Positions 42,799-53,182 of a stretch of 57,146 nt of DNA are shown here, piece by piece; positions within the stretch are counted from its first letter, which is position 1; each line of letters opens with the position of its first letter. This DNA comes from a virus. The translations under genes were made by a program, and so were the position numbers. The notes beneath the pieces were generated by a model that saw nothing but the letters and a program-made list of their open reading frames with translations, did not search any database and was not told the origin of the DNA. Where the stretch lies: positions 1-57,146 of the IMG/VR virus record IMGVR_UViG_3300045973_000302; one strand, given 5' to 3'.

Positions 42799-43200
42799 TC
42801 AGCCCATGTAGTATCTAACCCAACTCCATACCCACTTCGGGAATTCAGTCACCAATAATATCCACTTATTAGCTTTATACCCCAAAGTGCATACCCACTC
42901 TTCAATCGATCTTAGTTGTTTCCACCCAGGATCTTGGTACTTCCAATACAGATTGATAGCTTTCCACATCTCTACATTATCTTTGTCAACCCTAATGATC
43001 TTATAGTCAGGGCTTGATGGAATGTTGTTCAAATCCATTTTCAATTGCTCTGATATCTCATACTCAGCTTGAGCTGCAGTCTCTGCTATCCCAGTAGTTG
43101 CCAGATACCCACCAACAGTAACTGCAATGTATTCAAATCCAGTATCACCTTCCCTAACAGTGGTGTACATTGTTAAGTTGTATCGCTTGAACTTGAACAT
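42799..43200 (-). CDS. hypothetical protein
   Basis: SD AGGAG on minus strand. Confidence 0.5.
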   Translation of the reverse strand: MFKFKRYNLTMYTTVREGDTGFEYIAVTVGGYLATTGIAETAAQAEYEISEQLKMDLNNIPSSPDYKIIRVDKDNVEMWKAINLYWKYQDPGWKQLRSIEEWVCTLGYKANKWILLVTEFPKWVWSWVRYYMG

Positions 43201-43255
43201 TTTTAATCTCCTTATTTCCTATACTACCAACACAATAGTTTTTGTACAATTAAAA

Positions 43256-43966
43256 TTATTTCCAAAATTGAAAAATGATATACCCAACAAAAAGTAATAC
43301 CCCTATCAACCAACTATAATTTGTTCTTTTTTCTTTGAGTTGTTTTGCTGCTTTCCTAGCTCTGTTCACTCTACATCTTTCTTCCCTTTCAGCATCAGCC
43401 ACTCTCTTTTTCTCTGCCTCACGTTCAAGTTCTCTATTTTCACGTTCTACATAAGGGGCAACTTTTTCATTAAGTAACAGATACTCATTTTCATCTAGAA
43501 TAAAAGCTGGGGGTAGTTTATACTGATATTTTGTTATAATATACCATTCGGTGTATAGTTCCTTTTTTAAGTCAAACTCAGGGTAATCCACTTCTTCCAT
43601 AGCAAGAATCACTTTTAATCGATCATAATGAGCGACTATTTCTTTTGTAAGCTTTTCCTGTTCTTTTTGGTGTAAAGCCTCTGCAGCTCTGTATTGTTTT
43701 GCTCGTTCTCTTTCTTGCGCCCATTTTTCTTTTCGTTGCTCATTCTCTATCTCCATCTTATTAAACTTTTCCTGTATCGCTGATCTTCGGTTTCTCTGGT
43801 ACGTTTCTTCCTCTGCTTGTTTATCTTTAACAATTCTATTTCTCATGATCAAATAATTGATCCCTGTGTTTTCTTTGGAACATTGAGTACATATTCCATT
43901 TTGAAAAATAGTAGCATTACCACAGGTGATAACTCTACCACAGTTGGGGCATCTACCTTCGCTCAT
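43256..43966 (-). CDS. zinc-ribbon, coiled-coil membrane protein
   Basis: CPNCGRVITCGNATIFQNGICTQCSKEN; C-terminal TM YSWLIGVLLFVGYIIFQF. Confidence 0.65.
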   Translation of the reverse strand: MSEGRCPNCGRVITCGNATIFQNGICTQCSKENTGINYLIMRNRIVKDKQAEEETYQRNRRSAIQEKFNKMEIENEQRKEKWAQERERAKQYRAAEALHQKEQEKLTKEIVAHYDRLKVILAMEEVDYPEFDLKKELYTEWYIITKYQYKLPPAFILDENEYLLLNEKVAPYVERENRELEREAEKKRVADAEREERCRVNRARKAAKQLKEKRTNYSWLIGVLLFVGYIIFQFWK

Positions 43967-44010
43967 GATCGATCTCCTTTATTTTTGTTATAAATACTTG
44001 TGATAATTCT

Positions 44011-44038
44011 ACATTAGCACTAAGAAAATACTTGTCAA
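44011..44038 (-). promoter_or_regulatory. sigma70-like promoter
   Basis: reverse complement TTTAAATTGACA-N16-TAATGT. Confidence 0.65.
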
Positions 44039-44065
44039 TTTAAATTTTGTATGAAGGAGAAATAA

Positions 44066-44383
44066 ATGGATCATCCCCTATCATCCCTATATGAGATCGT
44101 ACAGCTCAAAGAAGCTGAAAAAGTCCTAAAGAAGTCAGATGTCAAGAACACTGAAAGGAAGATGGAAAAGGATGTGACAGACCTCATTGACAACAATGAA
44201 ATCTCGTTCATCAACAACTTCCTAAAGAAGGGTGAGAAGATCGACAACAAGACAATCAAATCAATCGATGGTCTTCTGGCTAAGTACAAGAAAAAGATTG
44301 GCCCAAGCAAAATCAAATCTGACGCAAATATTTTGATGCTGGCTCCAATACTTGCGGCTATGGAATCCGAACTACGAAAATGA
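44066..44383 (+). CDS. hypothetical protein
   Basis: SD GAAGGAG. Confidence 0.6.
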   Translation: MDHPLSSLYEIVQLKEAEKVLKKSDVKNTERKMEKDVTDLIDNNEISFINNFLKKGEKIDNKTIKSIDGLLAKYKKKIGPSKIKSDANILMLAPILAAMESELRK

Positions 44384-44718
44384 ATGATATAAAACTACAG
44401 ATAGCTTTGGCATATAAAGTCCCTAGGGTAACCAACTTTATATTAGAAGATATCAAACTAATGAAAAAACTAAATCAAATTTTTCAAAGGTTTGAGAAAT
44501 ACGAAAAGGACATCTATATCCTTGAGGTTATTAATGTCCTTAAACAGCTGGATAATGTGTTTGACCTAAATGCTCTGTACCCTGTACTCTGCGTCTATGT
44601 TGATATCAGATTCCACTCAACCTTGATCCTGTTGTTTGAAAAGATCAATTGTAACGAGAAAATATATAACATCAAACTCAAAGAACTTGTCAAAGACGAT
44701 GATGAAGAGGAACTATGA
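44380..44718 (+). CDS. hypothetical protein
   Basis: ATGA-coupled ORF. Confidence 0.6.
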   Translation: MNDIKLQIALAYKVPRVTNFILEDIKLMKKLNQIFQRFEKYEKDIYILEVINVLKQLDNVFDLNALYPVLCVYVDIRFHSTLILLFEKINCNEKIYNIKLKELVKDDDEEEL

Positions 44719-45359
44719 GAAAGTACTTACTTAAAGAATCCTTAGTGGGTACAATATCTGTTTACCTGATATTGAAAAAATTAATGACCCCATTTAGCGA
44801 TTGGGATGCCTTTCACACAGGGATCATTGATAAAAATGGGAACAAGAAACGTCACCCAATCACTTCCAAAGAAAGAGAATCTTGGGATATCCTCACACGA
44901 TTCTGTTGGAACCTCAAGAAGATTGTAGGGAAGTTTGCTGGGAAATCATCTTTCGTCCAGTACTTCTCTGCGGCATACCTTCTCAAGGACTCAATTAACC
45001 AATATACATTAACCAACCATGAACTACTTAGTGAAGAGTTGGCTGACATATCATTCAAGAAACAATTGACAATATTCAACATATTGAAAGATCTTCCACC
45101 AACTACCCAAGTTAGTATCAGGAACCAAAATCTTATTGAATTTGAAATCATTAAGAATTTACAAATGGTTGGTGATGTGTTAAAGTTACATGTTGATGTA
45201 AATTCATTGTTTGAAGATGCAACCGTGGCTGCAGACGTTGCCCAGCATGGGCAATACCTTGGGGCAGTTAAGAAAGAGAATCCAATGAAGTTGGCTGAAC
45301 CTGGGCTAGAGAAACTTCTTAAGAAGAAAACTAAAAAGAAAAGGACATTCAAAAAATGA
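44715..45359 (+). CDS. hypothetical protein
   Basis: ATGA-coupled ORF. Confidence 0.6.
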   Translation: MRKYLLKESLVGTISVYLILKKLMTPFSDWDAFHTGIIDKNGNKKRHPITSKERESWDILTRFCWNLKKIVGKFAGKSSFVQYFSAAYLLKDSINQYTLTNHELLSEELADISFKKQLTIFNILKDLPPTTQVSIRNQNLIEFEIIKNLQMVGDVLKLHVDVNSLFEDATVAADVAQHGQYLGAVKKENPMKLAEPGLEKLLKKKTKKKRTFKK

Positions 45360-45568
45360 AAGTAATCGATAACGGACATTTCACCACATTAGAGTTAGAA
45401 ACTCAGTCAGGGCAAGATAACTTCAGAGCATCATTGAAAGCTGATATCTCTGGGGATCGTAGAACTTGGCAGCGTGACCCTGAGACTGCACAACTCAATC
45501 AACACATGGCTGACAACCAAACTCAGATAGTGGTCAAGTGTGGAGAACTGTATTCCAAAGTAAGATAA
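45356..45568 (+). CDS. hypothetical protein
   Basis: ATGA-coupled ORF. Confidence 0.5.
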   Translation: MKVIDNGHFTTLELETQSGQDNFRASLKADISGDRRTWQRDPETAQLNQHMADNQTQIVVKCGELYSKVR

Positions 45569-45587
45569 CCTAAAGGGAAACTAATTA

Positions 45588-46280
45588 ATGAATTATTCTT
45601 ACTCTAGGATATCTATGTTCGATAGATGCCCTAAAAAGTTTCACTATAGATACATTGAAAGATTTGTAATCCCTGATGATGACAATCCTGTGTTTGAGAA
45701 GGGGAAGTATTTTCATGCGTTGTTAGAACATTACCCAGAGATCCCTGAGTATGAATTTAAATTTAAAGAGAACCGTGATAAGAAAATGGACTACATTAAA
45801 TTCATAACTGATCTATGCAGGGACGATAAGAAGATTCAATTCCTTTTTGCCAATGGTGTGTATAGGGAAAAACAATTCTACCTAGACAAGAACCTTGACA
45901 ATTGTGGGGAAGAGGATCAACTAGTCAATGGGATCATTGACTTTGTTGGGAAGATCGACAACAACATAATCATCTGTGATTGGAAGTCAGGGCATACCCA
46001 AAAGTATGCCTCGTTTGAACAGCTAAAACTCTATGCTATCTGGGTATTCAATGAATTCCCACTCATAAATAATGTTGTATGTTTCTTCTACTTTGTTGAG
46101 CAAGAAGATTACATTCGATTAGATATCACCAGAGAAGAGTGTGTGGTAAATAAACAAGCATTATTAAACAAAATAAATAACATAGAAACAACGACTGACT
46201 TTACCAAAACAAAAAAAGAAGATTGCCAATATTGCCCTTACGTCAAAGATTGCAATCCATTCAAACTAAAGGTGAGATAA
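45588..46280 (+). CDS. PD-(D/E)XK / Cas4-RecB-like nuclease
   Basis: YSYSRISMFDRCPKKFHYRYI..GIIDFVGKIDNNIIICDWKSG..CQYCPYVKDCNP. Confidence 0.85.
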   Translation: MNYSYSRISMFDRCPKKFHYRYIERFVIPDDDNPVFEKGKYFHALLEHYPEIPEYEFKFKENRDKKMDYIKFITDLCRDDKKIQFLFANGVYREKQFYLDKNLDNCGEEDQLVNGIIDFVGKIDNNIIICDWKSGHTQKYASFEQLKLYAIWVFNEFPLINNVVCFFYFVEQEDYIRLDITREECVVNKQALLNKINNIETTTDFTKTKKEDCQYCPYVKDCNPFKLKVR

Positions 46281-46534
46281 TGAGTTATATTGGAACTGAA
46301 GATAAAACAGTAACTTGCATATATGGAACATTCAACATCAAAAAGAATGAAGATGTACCAATGCTAATCGCTGTTAAGTTTCCCCAGTACGTGGAGATGG
46401 TAACAAAGAAAGCTGTTCATGTTGTGGTTGAACCACCTATAGAAGAAATCAAACTGACAATTGAAACTGATACAATAGCAGAACCAACAATAGAAGTCAA
46501 AAACGAAAAAAGGAAAAAGGAGTACGAAAAATGA
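46223..46534 (+). CDS. hypothetical protein (start may be 46280)
   Basis: overlap with nuclease ORF. Confidence 0.5.
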   Translation: MPILPLRQRLQSIQTKGEIMSYIGTEDKTVTCIYGTFNIKKNEDVPMLIAVKFPQYVEMVTKKAVHVVVEPPIEEIKLTIETDTIAEPTIEVKNEKRKKEYEK

Positions 46535-46839
46535 AATACAAACTAATCATCCCATCAGGACACCCAGAAATGACTTTTGGAACACCACAAGGATCGGTCA
46601 CCATGCAGAATGGCGCAATCGTTAACGATAGCCAAATCGTGAGATCCTACCCACAATACTTTACCAAAGTCGCTGACAACACTCCTAAACCACCAAAGGT
46701 CGAAGTAAAGGCTCCAGTGGTCAAAGAAGAAATCACTGTCCCTGTTGAGGATGCCCCAGCTGCACCTACTGCTGCAGCTCCAGTTGTCGCTGAAAAGAAA
46801 AAGCCAGGAAGACCAAAAGGAAGTCTTAAGAAGGGGTAA
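46531..46839 (+). CDS. hypothetical protein with Pro/Ala-rich tail
   Basis: ORF. Confidence 0.5.
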   Translation: MKYKLIIPSGHPEMTFGTPQGSVTMQNGAIVNDSQIVRSYPQYFTKVADNTPKPPKVEVKAPVVKEEITVPVEDAPAAPTAAAPVVAEKKKPGRPKGSLKKG

Positions 46840-46842
46840 TAT

Positions 46843-47622
46843 ATGGCTGGGCCAAAGATAAAATCATTAGGTAAACTTAAACAATACATTCTCAGAAAGC
46901 TTGGGCATCCTGTTCATACTATCGAAGTGACTGATGAACAACTTCAAGATTGTATTGACGATACTCTTGATGATTTTACCCAGTTTGCTTATTCGGGATA
47001 TACTGAAAGGTATGTCCCGATAAAACTTCTTGCGGGAGTACAAGATTATGTACTCCCTTATTCTGTCTTCGCTGTCCTATCAGTCAATGATGCAAACATG
47101 TCCATGATTGGAGCTAATATGCCCTCTAACATGTTTTCATTGAACCAGTTCATAGCAGCTGACCTTTATCGCCCTGGGGTCGCCAAAATCGATCTCCTTG
47201 GCTATGAACTCATAAACCAAATGACTGCCTCTATCGATCTGATCTTTGGCAAGAAACAAACCTTCGACTTCAATTCAGTTTCCAAGATCCTTCACCTTCA
47301 TGGTCATGTAACAAGTGATACAAACACAATCGTACAAATGTATCAGAAACTGGAATTGGATACAACCCCTAAATCTGTTGGAGCTACAACCTATGAAGAA
47401 GAAAACATCTATGATGAACGCTGGGTGAAACGTATGTGTGTTGCCCGAACTAAGTTACAGTGGGGCCAGAATATAGGTTTAAAATACCAAGGTTCTGTAT
47501 TACCAAATGGAGGGAGCCTTAATGGTGAGGGTATTATCACTATGGCTCAAGCAGAAATGGAAGCACTAACAACTGAACTTCATGATGTGTATGAACTACC
47601 TATAGATTTCTTTGTAGGCTAA
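46843..47622 (+). CDS. 13: neck protein (T4 gp13-like)
   Basis: VTDEQLQDCIDDTLDDFTQFAYSGYTERYV; synteny with gp14-like ORF. Confidence 0.75.
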   Translation: MAGPKIKSLGKLKQYILRKLGHPVHTIEVTDEQLQDCIDDTLDDFTQFAYSGYTERYVPIKLLAGVQDYVLPYSVFAVLSVNDANMSMIGANMPSNMFSLNQFIAADLYRPGVAKIDLLGYELINQMTASIDLIFGKKQTFDFNSVSKILHLHGHVTSDTNTIVQMYQKLELDTTPKSVGATTYEEENIYDERWVKRMCVARTKLQWGQNIGLKYQGSVLPNGGSLNGEGIITMAQAEMEALTTELHDVYELPIDFFVG

Positions 47623-47624
47623 CC

Positions 47625-48332
47625 ATGACTACTTACGCCAACTATGATTCATATGGAACACCACTTGTCAAGTATCCATACTTGTTAAATCAAACTTACC
47701 CTACAACAGGGGATAATGATTTTACCACAATGGATGGATTAGCAACAGAGTTTTATCTTCTCTATGGTACTGACATTAACTTCTTACCTAGGGAACTACA
47801 CAAAGAAGATACCACATTCGGGGAATTCCTTTCAGCCACAATTGAAAAGGGATATCCCCTAAGAATGTTCTTGGAAGAAGTTGAAGCTTGGTCTGGGAAT
47901 GGTGACATGTATTCCAAGTTTGGGCTGCAGGTTACTGACGAAGCTACCTTGTATATTAACAAGTCTTCATTCCTAGCCCAGACACAGGACACATATCCAA
48001 AGCAAGGGGATCTTATCTATGTTGAGAAATCCCAGAAGCTTTTCCAAATCAAACATGTTGAAGATGAAGTGCAACCAGCTTTCTATCTTCTAGGGAACCG
48101 AGCTGGCTTCAAATTCACTTGTGGATTGTTTGCATACAACCATGAGGCTATTTCACAAAACCCTGCTACAGGGATTCCAGCGGCTGTACAAGCCCTAGAT
48201 GCTTTGTTGAATGACATGGATGGAAATGTAGTTGCATTACCCGAAAAAGAATTCAACCAGAACAATAAACCAGTTATTGTCTCTGCTACCCCTATAATTG
48301 ACACAACTGAGAGAGATCCACTACAAGGATAA
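47625..48332 (+). CDS. 14: neck protein (T4 gp14-like)
   Basis: LYGTDINFLPRELHKEDTTFGE..YPLRMFLEEVEAWSGNGDMYSKFGLQVTDEATL. Confidence 0.8.
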   Translation: MTTYANYDSYGTPLVKYPYLLNQTYPTTGDNDFTTMDGLATEFYLLYGTDINFLPRELHKEDTTFGEFLSATIEKGYPLRMFLEEVEAWSGNGDMYSKFGLQVTDEATLYINKSSFLAQTQDTYPKQGDLIYVEKSQKLFQIKHVEDEVQPAFYLLGNRAGFKFTCGLFAYNHEAISQNPATGIPAAVQALDALLNDMDGNVVALPEKEFNQNNKPVIVSATPIIDTTERDPLQG

Positions 48333-48335
48333 GTT

Positions 48336-49076
48336 ATGATCGCAAGAATGTTACAAACACATATTACTAATAATGGGCAAATACTCCCTGATCCTTTCTG
48401 GGCAAATGTAAGTATGCTATTACATGGGGAAGGTGTTGATGGTGGGCAAGTAATAACTGATAGTGCTGGTAAGTGTACTGTCAGTTGTATTGGTGGAGCT
48501 GGTACAGGAACTGGTACTTTAGATAAGAAGTTTGGGGTATCATCATTATATTTCCCTGGGGCTAACTCTAAGTACTATCAAATTGCAGATACAACTAATC
48601 TTCAAATGTCAAGTGGGGATTTCACGATTGAATTCTGGGTGACAACTACCCCAAGTTCAACCCTTTCTCGTAGGGTTATATCATTAGGTGGGAATGCCAA
48701 TGGTAATGGTTATTGTGGTATCGCTATCAATGTTGCGTTGAATGGAATGTTAAACTTCTCTTATAGTACAACAGGGACTTCATGGGCAACTTCATTAAAT
48801 ACAGCTACTAATGAGGTTCTTACTTCTACTTGGCAACATGTCGCTATTTGTAGATCTGGATCAAACTTATATGTATATATTGATGGAGTTCTAAAGTCAA
48901 GTACAACTATCACTGGTAGCATATATGCTGGAACAGTTCATAGATTTGGTGTTAGTACAGCAACTGCCCCTGCCTCATTCATGGTAGGGTACATGGATGA
49001 AGTTAGAATTACTAAAGGTATTTGTAGATACCTAACTAACTTCCCAACACCATCTGCACCATTCTCAGGATTCTAA
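48336..49076 (+). CDS. LamG/concanavalin-like domain structural protein
   Basis: DFTIEFWVTTTPSSTLSRRVISLG..WQHVAICRSGSNLYVYIDGVLKS..FMVGYMDEVRITKGICRY. Confidence 0.8.
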   Translation: MIARMLQTHITNNGQILPDPFWANVSMLLHGEGVDGGQVITDSAGKCTVSCIGGAGTGTGTLDKKFGVSSLYFPGANSKYYQIADTTNLQMSSGDFTIEFWVTTTPSSTLSRRVISLGGNANGNGYCGIAINVALNGMLNFSYSTTGTSWATSLNTATNEVLTSTWQHVAICRSGSNLYVYIDGVLKSSTTITGSIYAGTVHRFGVSTATAPASFMVGYMDEVRITKGICRYLTNFPTPSAPFSGF

Positions 49077-49085
49077 GGATAAGTT

Positions 49086-50471
49086 ATGATATCAAGAATG
49101 TTAACAGCACAAAATTCACCTTCATATGAATTAATGAAGAATTATTCAGCTTGGGTACCAGTGGCTTACCCTACTGGGATGACGGTCAACTCAACTATGT
49201 CAGGCGTTTTTGGTAATGGAATCTTTATAGTACTTAAAGGTGATTATGTAGCTACTAGTACTTACTGTACATCAAAAGATGGTGTTACATGGACACTTTA
49301 TAATTCCCCTACTGGGGTTAATACTTCACTTTGGCATAGCATCTCTTTTGTTAATAACCAATTTGTTATGTTTGGATATAATAAAATTGCTACATCTACA
49401 GATGGAATTACTTGGTCTGTAGTTGCTTGTAACCTTTTTAATGTAAGTTATAAACAAAATATTCAATATATTAATGGTGTTTACATTATAGCTAAAGCTA
49501 GTAACGCTGGTAATGAATACTTATTTACTTCACCTAACTTAACTACATGGACACAAAAATCATACACCCATAAAGCCGCAACCGCTACTGGTGATGGTAA
49601 AGTTATTTGTCTTCAAGCGGGTGGAGCCGCTGCGAAAAGTAACTCTGGTTTAATTACAACAGATGGTACAACTTTTAGTACAATTACTCTTCCTCTTGTA
49701 AGAGACTACGTGAAAGTTGTTTTTAACCCAATAATGAAAAAGTTCTTCGCTATTTCATATATTAAATCTGAACCTGATGGGTTACTAACCGATGGGTCTA
49801 CTTTCACTGTAACTAGTTTACCGTCTAGTACTATAAACTTTTCAGACTTAGCTTATGGTAATAGATTTTTCTGTATTATCCCGAATGGTGATAATATGGC
49901 GTATATTTCAATGGATGGGGTGAATTGGCTTTATAAAAATTTACCATCAATAACTAATTGGCAACGTGTTATTTCTGGTAATAATAGATTCGTAACTTTT
50001 ACAAATTCATTTGCGGGTGGGATGGCAGTTCTAAGAAATCCAACTCCTTATAGATTTTATAGACTATATGGTAACTCATACTCAATAAATAACAACACTT
50101 CAAACTTCACATTCTCATTATTCACTGTGTCAATGTACACAACTGCCAATGCAACAGGCACTGATGTTTGTTTGAATAAGCCAACCTTTGCATCTACCGA
50201 CTATAGCACTGACTATGCATCTGGTGCTGCTAATGATGGTAACACAGGGTCTAGATGGTCAAGTGAAACCCCAGGAACACCTAACCCTTGGTGGGCTGTT
50301 GATCTAGGGAATTTCACAAATGTTAGAAGTATCTCTCTTAACCCAAATGCAACAGATATTCCTAAAATTGTGATCTTACAAGGGTCGTTTGATAGAAATG
50401 TATGGGAAGATGTAACAACATTCTACCCAAGTTCATCAGGGGCTACAATAACCTTAACGGATATCCAATAG
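49086..50471 (+). CDS. F5/8 type C (discoidin)-domain structural protein
   Basis: NKPTFAS..GAANDGNTGSRWSSETPGTPNPWWAVDLGNFTNVRSISL. Confidence 0.75.
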   Translation: MISRMLTAQNSPSYELMKNYSAWVPVAYPTGMTVNSTMSGVFGNGIFIVLKGDYVATSTYCTSKDGVTWTLYNSPTGVNTSLWHSISFVNNQFVMFGYNKIATSTDGITWSVVACNLFNVSYKQNIQYINGVYIIAKASNAGNEYLFTSPNLTTWTQKSYTHKAATATGDGKVICLQAGGAAAKSNSGLITTDGTTFSTITLPLVRDYVKVVFNPIMKKFFAISYIKSEPDGLLTDGSTFTVTSLPSSTINFSDLAYGNRFFCIIPNGDNMAYISMDGVNWLYKNLPSITNWQRVISGNNRFVTFTNSFAGGMAVLRNPTPYRFYRLYGNSYSINNNTSNFTFSLFTVSMYTTANATGTDVCLNKPTFASTDYSTDYASGAANDGNTGSRWSSETPGTPNPWWAVDLGNFTNVRSISLNPNATDIPKIVILQGSFDRNVWEDVTTFYPSSSGATITLTDIQ

Positions 50472-50477
50472 GCTAAC

Positions 50478-51332
50478 ATGAACTTCTTCAATTCAAATAC
50501 TTCACAAATGGCTATAGTTGCTTTTTGCGATTGGTTCGCCAAATTGTCAATTGAAAAATACCAAACTGTCACTGTCGCAGGGTCAGAAGATATCTTCGCT
50601 CAACGAAAGATCATCCCTGTCCCTTGCCAGTGGGCTACCAAAGAAAAGTTCGTAGAGATCCTAAGAAGTTCTTCATCTAGGAAAGCTATGAACCCAGATA
50701 TCAGAGACAAGAACCCAGTGGAAATGCAATGGATCTTGCCAAGGATTTCTGTCAACCTCACTGGCATGTCTTATGACTCAGCCAGAAGATTGATCAAGAC
50801 TCAAAGAATTGATGATCAAAGGAATGCTGCAGGGCAGAACAAGAATGCAGCGTATAGCCCTACACCATACAACCTCAACCTAGAGGTATGTTCTATCTCT
50901 AGGAACATTGATGAGAACTTCCAAATCATGGAACAGATTCTTCCGTTCTTCTCCCCAGCAATGAACTTCGATTTGAAGTTGGGTGGGCCTGGGGGTGAAT
51001 CAGAATCGATCAAGGTTGTGTTAAATTCTGTTAATGTGGATAACCCAACTGATATCCCTGAGAATGATGAGAGAATATTCACCACTACATATGAGTTCAC
51101 TATGCAGTTGAATTACTTTATCCCTAAGAGATCAGGGAAGATCATTTACCATATTGACGTTCAAATGATTGATGGAATCGAAACCATTAAGCTAGACAAA
51201 GATTATATCGAAGCATTGAATGTTATACAAGACAAATTCAGTTGGTATATGAACAATGCTTTGATGGCAACCCCTGTAATAACTACCAACGAAATACCTT
51301 CAACCTATAATAAGACCACAGGAATTGTATAA
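50478..51332 (+). CDS. 15: tail sheath stabilizer/completion (T4 gp15-like)
   Basis: IPVPCQWATKEKFV..LPRISVNLTGMSYDSARR..NLEVCSISRNIDENFQIMEQILPFFSPAMNF. Confidence 0.7.
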   Translation: MNFFNSNTSQMAIVAFCDWFAKLSIEKYQTVTVAGSEDIFAQRKIIPVPCQWATKEKFVEILRSSSSRKAMNPDIRDKNPVEMQWILPRISVNLTGMSYDSARRLIKTQRIDDQRNAAGQNKNAAYSPTPYNLNLEVCSISRNIDENFQIMEQILPFFSPAMNFDLKLGGPGGESESIKVVLNSVNVDNPTDIPENDERIFTTTYEFTMQLNYFIPKRSGKIIYHIDVQMIDGIETIKLDKDYIEALNVIQDKFSWYMNNALMATPVITTNEIPSTYNKTTGIV

Positions 51333-52060
51333 TGTCAATTCTTACTTCAGTATATAAACTTGATGAGGTCGATGGAAGTGGGGATCTCCCACCATTGATC
51401 AAACCTCAAAAAAGAGAATTCTCATTCAATCTGAGTAATGTCAACAAAACCCAGAATGAAAACTCTTCTGTGTTCTGGAACTTTGGTGATCATGGTTCAA
51501 CTGGGAATGAAGTTATATCCCCTAGTATAACCAAGTCAAATGTTGAATACACTTACACCAATCCTGGGACTTACCATGTACATTCGATAGCTACTGTTGA
51601 GGGTGTCTTATTTCACCTACAAGAGACTTTGGTGATCGAAGGTGATGTGGATATGCGTACCCCTGCTCCAATCCACTGGAACGCTATTGTGGATCTCATA
51701 GAAGGGTTGCCATTAACCCCAACTCAACTCAATGCAACTTCTGATGTTGGTGGATCATTTGTGTACAGCCCAGGGGCTGGAACTATCCTGGCTGAAGGTA
51801 CCCATACCTTGACTGCGATCTTCACCCCAACTGATGACACATTATATTTGCCTAATACAATAACTCAGACCATAACCATAGCAATGGCTCCAGCGATTCT
51901 GTCGTTCAGTATCCCTGAGACTATCATAGCTCCAACCACTATTACCCCAACAGCTACTACTGAGGGTGTTGTTGATGGATTCAACATTAGTGAAGATCCT
52001 ACAACCCCTGATACTAATGCAACTTGGATAACTGAACCATTAACATATGAGGTAAAATAA
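51332..52060 (+). CDS. PKD/Ig-like domain protein
   Basis: WNFGDHGSTGNEVISPSITKSNVEYTYTNPGTYHVHSIAT. Confidence 0.75.
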   Translation: MSILTSVYKLDEVDGSGDLPPLIKPQKREFSFNLSNVNKTQNENSSVFWNFGDHGSTGNEVISPSITKSNVEYTYTNPGTYHVHSIATVEGVLFHLQETLVIEGDVDMRTPAPIHWNAIVDLIEGLPLTPTQLNATSDVGGSFVYSPGAGTILAEGTHTLTAIFTPTDDTLYLPNTITQTITIAMAPAILSFSIPETIIAPTTITPTATTEGVVDGFNISEDPTTPDTNATWITEPLTYEVK

Positions 52061-52061
52061 A

Positions 52062-53171
52062 ATGGCTGGTACTTATAAGTTTATATCAAAATTTGGATTG
52101 CCTGATGGACAAATGTGCTCAAGGAATACATTTTTTATTAATAATTGTCTTTATATTTTTGGGTATAGAAAATGGAATGTAAGTTCTGCATCTTTTGTTC
52201 GTAAAGGATGGAAGTTAGACATAACCACTGGGCAATGGACTGACCTTGGGGGGATGGATACTAATATTGCTGGTACTGAAGAGGGTAGAGGAACATATTG
52301 CCCAACTACTAATAAGATCTACTTCTATGATAGTTATCTGTATATGTACCCTTATGATGTTGCTAACAACACATGGGGAACAAGAAAACAGATTTCAGTA
52401 GTATCATCATCATCAATAAGTGCTCATCATTATAATGGAAATAATTACTTCATATATAATGGTGGAAATTGCAAAATAGTCAAACATGATCCAACAAATG
52501 ATTCATTCACTGATTTCTTGACTCTTGGGTTTACATCAACCAGTGGGATGGCATCTGTTATTGTTGGGGATTCTATATACCTTTCTGGTAGAGCTGGGCA
52601 AGGTGCAAGATTAGATATAATCAACCTTACCACTAGAACGGTAAGTCAAAGTGCAAACCTCACAGGGGTAACTGGGTTTGAATCCCCTATTCTATGTGCT
52701 GTTGGTACAAAGATTAGATTAATGGGGTATCATAATACATTTTCAGTTGTTGGGAACATATATGATTACAATATTAACACAGATTCATGGTCAGGGATAT
52801 TAGGAACAATGCCTGTCGCTGTATGCAACACAAATGCTTTTCAGTATGAAGGGAATACCAGTGTTATAGGTGGGGATACTACGAGAAGCAGTTGGCAAGG
52901 TACAAGTACCATTGTCCAATTTTCTTATACATTGGATACCCCTACCAACTTTGTTGCAGCTTTGAACACTGAAGGGAACATAGTTTTAACTTGGGTAAAT
53001 AACTCTGTTGAAAGTACTCATATCCTTGTGGATCGTAAAAAGACTAATGAAAGTATCTTCACTACAATTGCTACCTTGCCAGCTAATGCAACTACATATA
53101 CTGATACGATCACTGATACTGAGTTTGTTTACAACTATCGTATCAGGGCTAAACAAATTTTAATCTACTAA
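52062..53171 (+). CDS. Kelch-repeat protein with C-terminal fibronectin type III
   Basis: repeated kelch blades; VLTWVNNSVESTHILVDRK..TYTDTITDTEFVYNYRIRAK. Confidence 0.75.
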   Translation: MAGTYKFISKFGLPDGQMCSRNTFFINNCLYIFGYRKWNVSSASFVRKGWKLDITTGQWTDLGGMDTNIAGTEEGRGTYCPTTNKIYFYDSYLYMYPYDVANNTWGTRKQISVVSSSSISAHHYNGNNYFIYNGGNCKIVKHDPTNDSFTDFLTLGFTSTSGMASVIVGDSIYLSGRAGQGARLDIINLTTRTVSQSANLTGVTGFESPILCAVGTKIRLMGYHNTFSVVGNIYDYNINTDSWSGILGTMPVAVCNTNAFQYEGNTSVIGGDTTRSSWQGTSTIVQFSYTLDTPTNFVAALNTEGNIVLTWVNNSVESTHILVDRKKTNESIFTTIATLPANATTYTDTITDTEFVYNYRIRAKQILIY

Positions 53172-53182
53172 GGGGAATGTAA

